From the sequence record PZ402301.1: a stretch of 64,000 nt of DNA; one strand, written 5' to 3'. How positions within the stretch are numbered: position 1 is the stretch's first letter; the number at the start of each line of letters is the position of its first letter. The translations under genes and the position numbers were made by a program. Shown piece after piece: positions 47,152 through 56,597 of the stretch. This stretch comes from a phage. The notes under the pieces were generated by a model. That model saw only the letters and a list, made by a program, of their open reading frames with translations, made no database searches and had not been told where the DNA came from.

Positions 47152-47241
47152 TGGCGGAGGCGATAGGATTTGAACCTATGAGTCGCCGGAGCGACTGCCG
47201 GTTTTCAAGACCGGTGCATTAAACCACTCTGCCACGCCTCC
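47152..47241 (-). tRNA. tRNA-Ser (anticodon UGA), long variable arm
   Basis: Manual fold: acceptor GGAGGCG/CGCCTCC, anticodon loop CUUGAAA, T-loop TTCAAAT, CCA. Confidence 0.8.
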
Positions 47242-47247
47242 AAATAT

Positions 47248-47856
47248 TTATATACTGTTAATTTGATTTAGAATTCTTTTTGCTTGAGTATGACTTACTC
47301 CAATATGCTTAGCATATTTATATAATTCACCACGCTTAGAAAAATCATATAATTTAGAAATTTCTATTCTTCTTTTTCTTTCATCCGCAGAAACTTTTGC
47401 TTCGTTTGCTTTTGCTATTTTACGTTTAGCTTCTTGAGAATGAGTTTTACCAGCAAAGCCATTCTTCATTAATCCATTTGAAGACCATCCTTTTAATTTT
47501 CCATTAGAATGAGCCTTTTTAACACCCAATGAAATTAATTCGCGTTGCTGATCTGTCATAGGATAATTATTTATATGGTCCCATCCACCTTCACCGCCAA
47601 GTTTTAAATTATACACATCTGGTCTATTTAAAAACTCTTCTGTGACAATATTTTTCTCGGCTTCAAGCATAGATTCTTTATCATCAAAATACTCTAATAT
47701 TTCTTTAGAGAAATTTTCTATACCATACTTGTCTTGGGCTCTTTTTAATAATTTACCAGAACCCATATATCCATCATCTAAATTTTCGGTAGAATGCACA
47801 CCAATATAAATTTTATTATTAATTTTATTTGTTATTTTATAAAGATAAAAATGCAT
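47248..47856 (-). mobile_element. segB: GIY-YIG homing endonuclease gene (SegB-like) inside the tRNA cluster
   Basis: Start taken at MHFYLYKITNKINNKIYIGVHST (GIY-YIG core); NUMOD3-like GKTHSQEAKRKIAKA; C-terminal HTH-like tail; T4 segB also sits in the tRNA cluster. Confidence 0.7.
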
Positions 47857-47902
47857 ATCAGTCCCTAATAAAGAACTGAGCGTCTCACGACGAGTCATAA
47901 AT

Positions 47903-47976
<74 letters not shown>

Positions 47977-47981
47977 AAATT

Positions 47982-48068
47982 TGGTGCGAGAAGTGGGACT
48001 CGAACCCACAAGGAAATCATTCCGCAGCATTTTAAGTGCTGTGCCTTTACCAATTTGACCATTCTCGC
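47982..48068 (-). tRNA. tRNA-Leu (anticodon UAA), long variable arm
   Basis: Manual fold: acceptor GCGAGAA/TTCTCGC, anticodon loop CUUAAAA, T-loop TTCGAGT, CCA. Confidence 0.8.
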
Positions 48069-48069
48069 G

Positions 48070-48142
48070 CTGGGAATAAAGGACTTGAACCTTTGCATCT
48101 AGCAGTCAAAGTGCTATGCCTTACCAACTTGGCTAATTCCCA
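48070..48142 (-). tRNA. tRNA-Gln (anticodon UUG), CCA not encoded
   Basis: Manual fold: acceptor TGGGAAT/ATTCCCA, anticodon loop CUUUGAC; 3' end abuts tRNA-Leu 5' end as in the T4 Gln-Leu dimeric precursor. Confidence 0.8.
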
Positions 48143-48228
48143 ATTATTAACAAAGGCTCTCAGGAAAGAACCCTTGATGATAGAGGGTATTAATCAATGC
48201 GATATGAGTTAATAATAACAAATAATTC

Positions 48229-48753
48229 TTAAAGCAAATTAAACATTTTAACGGTCGGCAAAACAATTTCTTCTTCTATATAAGAGTATTTAACACTCTC
48301 AACTACACGCAAAAAATCATAATCATAATACTCAGAAGCATTACCTAAAATATTAATAAGTCCTTCAAGCACTTTATTACCATTCACAAAGAATAAGTCA
48401 AATACACGTTCTTCATCTTCTTCAGATTTATTACCAAGGTCAACTTCTATATCAAAGACCTTTTTAATGAATTCTGGATAAAGTTGGTCTGAGAACAGTC
48501 CTTCAACCAAGTATTCATAGATAAAAAGCGATTGCTCACTGAACGAAGCATTACCACAATAGTGCTCAATTTTAGTACTAGAATGTCGGCTTTTAAACTT
48601 CTTTAAAAGATATTGGAATTGTAAGATTTCATGCTCTTCTACGCCAAACAGTGTTTTGGTTTTATAGTTGTCACCATCATTTTCCCAGGTAGTGACATCA
48701 ATTACGTAACCCTGCGGAATTGTAGTACCCAAACAAATATTCATTTTCACCAC
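48229..48753 (-). CDS. Hypothetical protein
   Basis: 174 aa ORF upstream of the tRNA cluster. Confidence 0.45.
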   Translation of the reverse strand: MVKMNICLGTTIPQGYVIDVTTWENDGDNYKTKTLFGVEEHEILQFQYLLKKFKSRHSSTKIEHYCGNASFSEQSLFIYEYLVEGLFSDQLYPEFIKKVFDIEVDLGNKSEEDEERVFDLFFVNGNKVLEGLINILGNASEYYDYDFLRVVESVKYSYIEEEIVLPTVKMFNLL

Positions 48754-49037
48754 GCTGCATTAATGTAAGTATATTTAATACATTCAAGACCCAAAGGATT
48801 CTTGAAAATATCATATTCAAGAGGACCTTTTTCTGTTTCAATAAAGAAATCAAAATTTACTGTATTAAATTTACGGTCTTCCTTCACTAATTTAACTTGA
48901 GAAGATGAACGGTCAATGTAAACCTTTTCAACTTCAAAACATGTTAAAATACCATAATCATCAATCAAAGCTTTAGCCGCGTCTTGATCGTATTTATATC
49001 CATTTTCAATGGATGATACTTTAGCATAAAGAATCAT
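48747..49037 (-). CDS. Hypothetical protein
   Basis: 96 aa ORF. Confidence 0.4.
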   Translation of the reverse strand: MILYAKVSSIENGYKYDQDAAKALIDDYGILTCFEVEKVYIDRSSSQVKLVKEDRKFNTVNFDFFIETEKGPLEYDIFKNPLGLECIKYTYINAAW

Positions 49038-49039
49038 TA

Positions 49040-49420
49040 TCAGCCTTCATCAACAATAGTGTGAGTATTGGCATTTACGATTTGCCACCAGTCAAAACGA
49101 TTAGAACCATACATCGGTTTATTTTCATTTTCTTTAATAATATCACGAAGTTCATCTTCGGTAGCGGCTTTCGCGATTAAATCAGCATATCCACCACGAG
49201 GATAATAATTATCACCTGCAAAAAGTAAAAAGTTTGGTTTAATATTATTGAACTCTTCAAGAGTAATAACTTTTCCTGACGGTTGAACAATCTCTACATA
49301 TTTATATCCCAATTTTTGGGCAGCATCTACTGCTTCAAGCAAAGTATCATGAGCCCATCCAATTTGACAACCTGGCTTTTCAGATGGATTAGCCTGATAA
49401 TCCGCGTAAACTTTATACAT
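49040..49420 (-). CDS. Hypothetical protein
   Basis: Track ORF 49040..49453; start taken at MYKVYADYQ, abutting the upstream ORF stop. Confidence 0.45.
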   Translation of the reverse strand: MYKVYADYQANPSEKPGCQIGWAHDTLLEAVDAAQKLGYKYVEIVQPSGKVITLEEFNNIKPNFLLFAGDNYYPRGGYADLIAKAATEDELRDIIKENENKPMYGSNRFDWWQIVNANTHTIVDEG

Positions 49421-49421
49421 T

Positions 49422-49607
49422 CTATTCACCTTTAGAAATTTTATCCATAACAATAGCGATTAAACCAATTAAAAATGCTACTACAAGTGAAAACACATTT
49501 TCTGCTGTAGTTAATAATCCACATATAAATCCAACAAACATTGAAAAACTAAAAGCAGAAGCAGAAATTGCAATAGCAACATTTCGAATTAATTCACAAC
49601 GTTTCAT
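49422..49607 (-). CDS. Hypothetical small membrane protein
   Basis: 61 aa, two hydrophobic helices; follows early promoter 49620-49682. Confidence 0.35.
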   Translation of the reverse strand: MKRCELIRNVAIAISASAFSFSMFVGFICGLLTTAENVFSLVVAFLIGLIAIVMDKISKGE

Positions 49608-49619
49608 TTTATTCTCCTC

Positions 49620-49682
49620 AGTAGTTGATAGGGTAATAGTATCACAACTAAAACCCTATGTAAACAACTTTGTGAAATATTT
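49620..49682 (-). promoter_or_regulatory. T4-type early promoter downstream of ipI
   Basis: agtagttgatagggtaatagtatcacaactaaaaccctatgtaaacaactttgtgaaatattt. Confidence 0.5.
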
Positions 49683-49683
49683 A

Positions 49684-49971
49684 TTACAAAAGATTTTTAG
49701 CAATAATCTTGAGATGTGCCGCAGAAATGTGTTTAGCTTTAAACAACGCAGTTTCTTCAGCAGGAGAGATAACGATTGTAGCACCATCCTTTTTAGCAGA
49801 CCACCCATCACCTAGGTAAACAGTACCTTTGATTTCTTCGCCATCAACCAAACTAATCATTGGTTTACCTTCTCGTCCTTTATTTGCTTTAATAACTTCA
49901 GAAGTAAGAGTAGCTTCAGTAATAGTAGAAACCGGGGTAGTTTTTGTAGTAAACTCTTTGAAAGTTTTCAT
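49684..49971 (-). CDS. ipI: Internal protein I (capsid-packaged anti-restriction protein)
   Basis: 95 aa; MKTFKEFTTKTTPVSTITEATLTSEVIKANKGREGKPMISLVDGEEIKG... matches T4 IPI. Confidence 0.9.
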   Translation of the reverse strand: MKTFKEFTTKTTPVSTITEATLTSEVIKANKGREGKPMISLVDGEEIKGTVYLGDGWSAKKDGATIVISPAEETALFKAKHISAAHLKIIAKNLL

Positions 49972-49984
49972 TTTATTTTCCTAA

Positions 49985-50043
49985 TTAATTTTGATGAGGT
50001 AATAGTATCACTACCTCATCAGCGTGTAAACAACTTTGTGAAA
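49985..50043 (-). promoter_or_regulatory. T4-type early promoter upstream of ipI
   Basis: ttgatgaggtaatagtatcactacctcatcagcgtgtaaacaactttgtgaaattatttt. Confidence 0.5.
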
Positions 50044-50740
<697 letters not shown>

Positions 50741-50741
<1 letters not shown>

Positions 50742-51454
50742 TATAGTACCTTTAGTGTATTTTTAATTTTAGAAAAAAGTTCTTCAAGAGAACCATCGTT
50801 TGTAATTACTAAATCACCATCACGAATTGGCAATCCAGCTTCTGTAATATGTGTATCATTGGATTTTTGACCAGGACGAACTACATGAATTACTGTAGCA
50901 CCCATCGCCCTAGCCGCATCCATTTCATGATCTTGACGAGTATCAGGAACGATATAATAATCATAACCTGAGTTAAATTTATCAAGATAATCTAAAGCAA
51001 ATAATTTTACCCAATACATGCGGTCGAAGTTATTAACAATCAAATCCGTACCTAGGGCTTGCATCAGACGACGGACTGACCATTGATCTTCAATATTATT
51101 TATAACGTCAGCAATCTTGTTAAATGCTACGAAATTAACTGCGTCATCAAAAACAAACACACCTTTAATTGGGCTTTTACTATTAAGATAGCAAAATGCT
51201 TGTTCCATAATCGTAATTACTTCTAATTTAGTCAGATTTAAATTAGTTTCACGATCATAGTCAATTCCTTCAAACTCTTTACGAGTTAAACAAGGATAGC
51301 CAGTGTTTGCTGCAAATACACCCCATGCATAAGCCAATGCATCCTTAATAGGACCAGCAAGTTGATATTTAACTGCAGAATAATTATTCATAATAAAATC
51401 TGCAGTAGTATCTTTTCCACTACGCTTTACACCACTTAAAAAGATTAGTTTCAT
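50741..51454 (-). CDS. 1: dNMP kinase
   Basis: 237 aa; P-loop LSGVKRSGKDT; position between 57A and gene 3. Confidence 0.9.
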
Positions 51455-51503
51455 ATGTTTCTCCTCAAATTTAGTTAAGATTATAACACATGAAACTGAA
51501 GCA

Positions 51504-52034
51504 TTAAACTTCTGCTATAATTTTTCCATCTTTTTCTACTTGAAAATACGTATAAGGAATCGTTGCTGTGCATACTAAGGCTGGGTCTGAATCTTCTGTG
51601 TAGCTAAATTCTACTTCAGACAGGTCAGAAACCCAGGGCTTATAAAAATTTATTGACATCACGATTTCAGTTTTACTATTATCTAAAATGTAAAGCGTAA
51701 TGTATTCAGGACCTGTTTTTTGGGCAGTATTTTCGCCTGTAAGATAGTTACTAGTTCCTAGCATCCATTCATACATTCCTATCCATGACTTAAGCTCTTC
51801 ATCAACTATAAATCTCACGATGAGTGGATCGTACTCAAATGTAACTCCTGGACGCTGTGCTCGGCCTAGTCCAAACGGCCCAGTCACGGTATCAGTAACA
51901 GGTATCCTAATTCCCGGAATAGGAACTGACTGAGCATTTAAAGTAAAAGCAGATGTAGTATTACTATGCGGTATTGATACTACAAAGTTAGTTGTATTTG
52001 CTTGGTTAAAAATTTGTTGTAGTGCTTGCGACAT
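51504..52034 (-). CDS. 3: Tail completion / sheath stabiliser gp3
   Basis: Start taken at MSQALQQIFNQANTTNFVVSIPHSN giving 176 aa as T4 gp3; track ORF extends upstream. Confidence 0.85.
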   Translation of the reverse strand: MSQALQQIFNQANTTNFVVSIPHSNTTSAFTLNAQSVPIPGIRIPVTDTVTGPFGLGRAQRPGVTFEYDPLIVRFIVDEELKSWIGMYEWMLGTSNYLTGENTAQKTGPEYITLYILDNSKTEIVMSINFYKPWVSDLSEVEFSYTEDSDPALVCTATIPYTYFQVEKDGKIIAEV

Positions 52035-52140
52035 ATATTCCTCATAATGCTTCATAAATGTTGGTGGTATAATGGGTCTAAGTCCCTTCCATTCAATTCC
52101 AATTAGAACAAACAATAGAAAAGAATGGAAGATAATAGAA

Positions 52141-52965
52141 TTAGATATTTGACCAGACTTTGTTTGCAGAGAAACGTTTTCCTTTTGAAATGAACTGCTG
52201 AAGTGGCATTAATACAACGTTCGCCCAGTCTTTCGGGGCGATTTCAACAAGGCTACCCATGATATTACCAGGTATATATGCCTTAATCATTTGGTCTGCA
52301 CCCCTAAATCCTTTCACTTGACTCCAATCAATTTTTAATTTCGTTTTATTAGTAATAGTAGGTGTATTTGAATATTGCTTTAAAAGCTCTTCTAGAAATT
52401 GCTGACGAGCTTTAGGTGGAATATAGTGCAAGTTCAATCCGTACATTAAATTATGTTTACCTAAACCGAGGTAAATTATCAAAGGAAATTTATCCCAGTA
52501 AGGAAGAGTTTCTTTGTGTTTAGCATCGTAAGCAAAAGCATATATTCGTCCCGGCTGCGGGCGAACAACTTTATGTCCTTTTACCTGCTTAATAGTTTCA
52601 GCAAACCACTTTCTGGTTTTATTATTAATTGCTGCACCTTCATTACGAATTTTATCACGCAATGTTTGCCTGAATGAATTTATCATAAGCAGTTGTCTTT
52701 CTTGCTTATTGAGTTTATTCATTGGTTTTGATTCAAGCTTTTGAATCTTTTCAGCCGTTTTAATTCCTGAAGCATATTTTGACATTGCCGAAGTAAACGT
52801 AGAGTATTTGATTCCTCTTTCTTCGGCAAATTGCTTTCCTGTCATTCCTTTTGCTTTGGCCTTTTTGTATTCAAGACCTATCTGAATCCATTTCTTTTCG
52901 TTTAATGATTGCTTAACCTTTGGAACTTGGGGAGTGCTTTCATTAATTATTTGAAAAATAGCCAT
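52141..52965 (-). CDS. 2: DNA end-protector protein gp2
   Basis: 274 aa as T4 gp2; between genes 4 and 3. Confidence 0.9.
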   Translation of the reverse strand: MAIFQIINESTPQVPKVKQSLNEKKWIQIGLEYKKAKAKGMTGKQFAEERGIKYSTFTSAMSKYASGIKTAEKIQKLESKPMNKLNKQERQLLMINSFRQTLRDKIRNEGAAINNKTRKWFAETIKQVKGHKVVRPQPGRIYAFAYDAKHKETLPYWDKFPLIIYLGLGKHNLMYGLNLHYIPPKARQQFLEELLKQYSNTPTITNKTKLKIDWSQVKGFRGADQMIKAYIPGNIMGSLVEIAPKDWANVVLMPLQQFISKGKRFSANKVWSNI

Positions 52966-53417
52966 TATGCCCCCTTAAAGCCAAGAGCTCGTAATCCATC
53001 TTCTGTTAGAATTCTAAATTTTATTCCACGCTTTTCAGCTAAAGCTTGCGCTGCTTTCCATTTGTCAGTATTAACGGAATATGTATAAATTTCATTCATA
53101 AATCTTTTCTTCGCTGCAGTTGTTAGATGTGCTGGTTTAACTGGTGGTTGTGTTTCTTTTTTAGGTTTTATTTCAATAAAAAATTCTTGCCCAGAAGAAT
53201 CTTTCATCCAAATATCCATGAAGTATCTACGTTTTTTCCCTTCTGCATTACAAAAATAAGGAATTACTGCTGTTTCACTACCCCATGCAATAATTTCTGG
53301 ATTTTTATCTAACCATTCAAAAAAGAATTTTTCCCAATTTGATCTATACGTAATTTTTTTAGGGTCACCTCTATATTTTGATATATTTTTAGGAACCCAT
53401 TTTCCAGAATATGCCAT
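52965..53417 (-). CDS. 4: Head completion protein gp4
   Basis: 150 aa as T4 gp4; late promoter TATAAATA 27 nt upstream. Confidence 0.9.
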   Translation of the reverse strand: MAYSGKWVPKNISKYRGDPKKITYRSNWEKFFFEWLDKNPEIIAWGSETAVIPYFCNAEGKKRRYFMDIWMKDSSGQEFFIEIKPKKETQPPVKPAHLTTAAKKRFMNEIYTYSVNTDKWKAAQALAEKRGIKFRILTEDGLRALGFKGA

Positions 53418-53428
53418 TGGATTCTCCT

Positions 53429-53436
53429 TATAAATA
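53429..53436 (+). promoter_or_regulatory. Late promoter core TATAAATA for gene 53
   Basis: TATAAATA on plus strand 29 nt upstream of gene 53 ATG. Confidence 0.7.
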
Positions 53437-53443
53437 GATAATA

Positions 53444-53451
53444 TATTTATA
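53444..53451 (-). promoter_or_regulatory. Late promoter core TATAAATA for gene 4 (divergent from gene 53 promoter)
   Basis: tatttata on plus strand = TATAAATA on minus, 27 nt upstream of gene 4 ATG. Confidence 0.7.
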
Positions 53452-53464
53452 AACAGGAGGGCCC

Positions 53465-54055
53465 ATGCTCTTTACATTTTTTGATCCGATTGAATATGCG
53501 GCCAAAACGGTGAATAAAAACGCGCCGACTATTCCTATGACAGATATTTTTAGAAACTATAAAGACTATTTCAAACGTGCTCTTGCGGGATACCGTTTAC
53601 GTACTTATTATATTAAAGGTTCACCACGCCCGGAAGAATTAGCAAACGCTATATATGGAAATCCACAGTTGTATTGGGTTTTATTGATGTGTAATGATAA
53701 TTATGATCCGTATTATGGATGGATTACTTCGCAAGAAGCTGCTTATCAAGCATCTATCCAAAAATACAAAAATGTAGGTGGAGACCAAATAGTATATCAT
53801 GTGAATGAGAATGGTGAAAAATTTTATAATTTAATATCATATGATGATAACCCATATGTTTGGTATGACAAAGGCGATAAAGCTAGAAAATATCCTCAAT
53901 ATGAAGGAGCACTTGCTGCGGTCGATACGTATGAAGCTGCTGTTCTTGAAAATGAAAAACTTCGTCAAATAAAAATAATAGCAAAATCAGACATCAATTC
54001 ATTTATGAACGACCTTATACGTATAATGGAGAAATCTTATGGAAATGATAAGTAA
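53465..54055 (+). CDS. 53: Baseplate wedge protein gp53
   Basis: 196 aa as T4 gp53; SD GGAGG; late promoter upstream. Confidence 0.93.
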   Translation: MLFTFFDPIEYAAKTVNKNAPTIPMTDIFRNYKDYFKRALAGYRLRTYYIKGSPRPEELANAIYGNPQLYWVLLMCNDNYDPYYGWITSQEAAYQASIQKYKNVGGDQIVYHVNENGEKFYNLISYDDNPYVWYDKGDKARKYPQYEGALAAVDTYEAAVLENEKLRQIKIIAKSDINSFMNDLIRIMEKSYGNDK

Positions 54056-55766
54056 TAACCTTAATTGGTTTGTTGGTGTTGTTGAAGATAGAATGGACCC
54101 ATTAAAATTAGGTCGTGTTCGTGTTCGTGTAGTTGGTCTGCATCCACCTCAAAGAGCACAAGGCGACGTAATGGGTATTCCAACTGATAAATTACCATGG
54201 ATGTCAGTTATTCAACCTATAACTTCTGCAGCAATGTCTGGAATTGGAGGCTCCGTTACTGGTCCAGTAGAAGGAACTAGAGTTTATGGTCATTTTTTAG
54301 ACAAATGGAAAACTAACGGAATTGTCCTTGGCACATATGGCGGAATAGTTCGCGAAAAACCTAATAGACTTGAAGGATTTTCTGACCCAACTGGACAGTA
54401 TCCTAGACGTCTAGGAAATGATACTAACGTATTAAACCAAGGCGGAGAAGTAGGATATGATTCGTCTTCTAATATTATCCAAGATAGCAATCTAGACACT
54501 GCGATAAATCCCGATGATAGACCACTATCAGAAATTCCAACTGATGATAATCCAAATATGTCAATGGCTGAAATGCTTCGCCGTGATGAAGGATTAAGAC
54601 TAAAAGTTTATTGGGATACTGAAGGATATCCGACAATTGGTATTGGTCATCTTATCATGAAGCAGCCAGTTCGTGATATGACTCAAATTAATAAAGTTTT
54701 ATCAAAACAAGTTGGTCGTGAAATTACCGGAAATCCAGGTTCTATTACAATGGAAGAAGCGGTAGCTTTATTTGAACGTGATTTGGCTGATATGCAACGT
54801 GACATTAAATCACATTCTAAAGTTGGCCCAGTTTGGAAAGCAGTTAATCGTTCTCGTCAAATGGCATTAGAAAATATGGCATTTCAGATGGGCGTTGGCG
54901 GTGTAGCTAAATTTAACACAATGTTAACAGCTATGTTAGCCGGAGATTGGGAAAAAGCATATAAAGCTGGTCGTGATTCATTGTGGTATCAACAAACAAA
55001 AGGCCGTGCATCTCGTGTTACCATGATTATTCTTACAGGTAATTTGGAATCATACGGTATTGAAGTGAAAACACCAGCTAGGTCTTTGTCAGCAATGGCT
55101 GCTACTGCAGCAAAGTCTTCTGATCCAGCTGACCCTCCTATTCCGAATGATTCGAGAATTTTATTTAAAGAACCTGTTTCTTCATATAAAGGTGAATATC
55201 CATATGTTCACACAATGGAAACTGAAAGCGGTCATATTCAGGAATTTGATGATACCCCTGGGCAAGAGCGATACAGATTAGTTCATCCGACTGGAACGTA
55301 TGAGGAAGTATCACCGTCAGGAAGAAGAACAAGAAAAACTGTTGATAATTTGTATGATATAACAAATGCTGATGGTAATTTTTTGGTAGCTGGCGATAAA
55401 AAGACTAACGTCGGTGGATCAGAAATTTATTACAACATGGATAATCGTCTTCACCAAATAGATGGAAGCAACACAATATTTGTCCGTGGCGATGAAACTA
55501 AGACAGTTGAAGGTAATGGAACTATCCTAGTTAAAGGTAATGTTACTATTGTAGTCGAAGGTAATGCTGACATTACAGTTAAAGGAGATGCTACCACTTT
55601 AGTTGAAGGAAATCAGACTAATACAGTAAATGGAAATCTTTCTTGGAAAGTTGCTGGAACAGTTGATTGGGACGTTGGTGGTGATTGGACAGAAAAAATG
55701 GCATCTATGAGTTCTATTTCATCTGGTCAATACACAATTGATGGATCGAGGATTGACATTGGCTAA
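54039..55766 (+). CDS. 5: Baseplate hub plus tail lysozyme gp5
   Basis: 575 aa as T4 gp5; internal lysozyme domain (MAEMLRRDEGLRLKVYWDTEGYPTIGIGHL) and C-terminal beta-helix VxGxxxxxV repeats. Confidence 0.95.
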   Translation: MEMISNNLNWFVGVVEDRMDPLKLGRVRVRVVGLHPPQRAQGDVMGIPTDKLPWMSVIQPITSAAMSGIGGSVTGPVEGTRVYGHFLDKWKTNGIVLGTYGGIVREKPNRLEGFSDPTGQYPRRLGNDTNVLNQGGEVGYDSSSNIIQDSNLDTAINPDDRPLSEIPTDDNPNMSMAEMLRRDEGLRLKVYWDTEGYPTIGIGHLIMKQPVRDMTQINKVLSKQVGREITGNPGSITMEEAVALFERDLADMQRDIKSHSKVGPVWKAVNRSRQMALENMAFQMGVGGVAKFNTMLTAMLAGDWEKAYKAGRDSLWYQQTKGRASRVTMIILTGNLESYGIEVKTPARSLSAMAATAAKSSDPADPPIPNDSRILFKEPVSSYKGEYPYVHTMETESGHIQEFDDTPGQERYRLVHPTGTYEEVSPSGRRTRKTVDNLYDITNADGNFLVAGDKKTNVGGSEIYYNMDNRLHQIDGSNTIFVRGDETKTVEGNGTILVKGNVTIVVEGNADITVKGDATTLVEGNQTNTVNGNLSWKVAGTVDWDVGGDWTEKMASMSSISSGQYTIDGSRIDIG

Positions 55767-55776
55767 TATACTTCCA

Positions 55777-56295
55777 ATGAGCGCTGATTTAGGAGAATCC
55801 ATGGAAGGTTCTTCTATCGACGTCACCTTTACCGCTCAATTAGAAACAGGTGAAACGTTAGTATCTATAAATATAACTAGTTACGAAGAAACTCCTGGGG
55901 TTTTAGTAGAAGAAAATCGTTTATATGGAACGTATGAATCTGTATTTGGATTTGGAAATGATGCGTTGAAATATCGTTTAGATAATGAATTTAAAACCGC
56001 TGCTTCATGGGAAGACCTTCCAACTGATTCTAATACTCAGTTATATTTATGGAAAGCTCCTCAAAACCTCCAGAAGACATTCACTTACGAAGTAACATTA
56101 ATATATGACTACCAAGAACAAAGTGAATCTGGAGGTTCTGGCAGTAATTCTAGGTCATCTTCTGATACTACTGAACCAACGAATCCTCCAGCTCCAATAA
56201 GAAAAACTCTTGTTAAAAATTATACAAAAACTATAGTTGGAAATTGGAGTCGTTGGGCTAATAAATTGAGAAGCTACGTGTATGAGAGGCCATAA
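55777..56295 (+). CDS. 5.1: gp5.1-position protein
   Basis: Track ORF 55738..56295 overlaps gene 5 end; first ATG after it at 55777. Confidence 0.6.
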
Positions 56296-56589
56296 ATGTC
56301 AGGATTAAGTTATGATAAGTGTGTTACTGCCGGCCATGAAGCATGGCCTCCAACAGTTGTGAATGCTACACAAAGTAAAGTATTCACTGGAGGAATTGCT
56401 GTTCTCGTAGCAGGTGATCCAATTACAGAACATACAGAAATTAAAAAGCCATATGAAACACATGGCGGAGTGACACAACCTAGAACTTCTAAGGTATATG
56501 TCACTGGAAAGAAAGCTGTTCAAATGGCTGATCCAATATCATGCGGTGATACTGTGGCTCAGGCATCATCTAAAGTATTCATTAAATAG
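56296..56589 (+). CDS. 5.4: Baseplate spike tip protein gp5.4 (PAAR-repeat)
   Basis: 97 aa as T4 gp5.4. Confidence 0.8.
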
Positions 56590-56597
56590 GATTTAAA

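Noticed and set aside
47245-47252. TATAAATA (minus-strand sense) between the segB-like ORF and tRNA-Ser as a late promoter for tRNAs
   Set aside because: It overlaps the segB-like stop region and an 8-mer is expected by chance in AT-rich DNA; there is no supporting context that tRNAs are late-transcribed from here.
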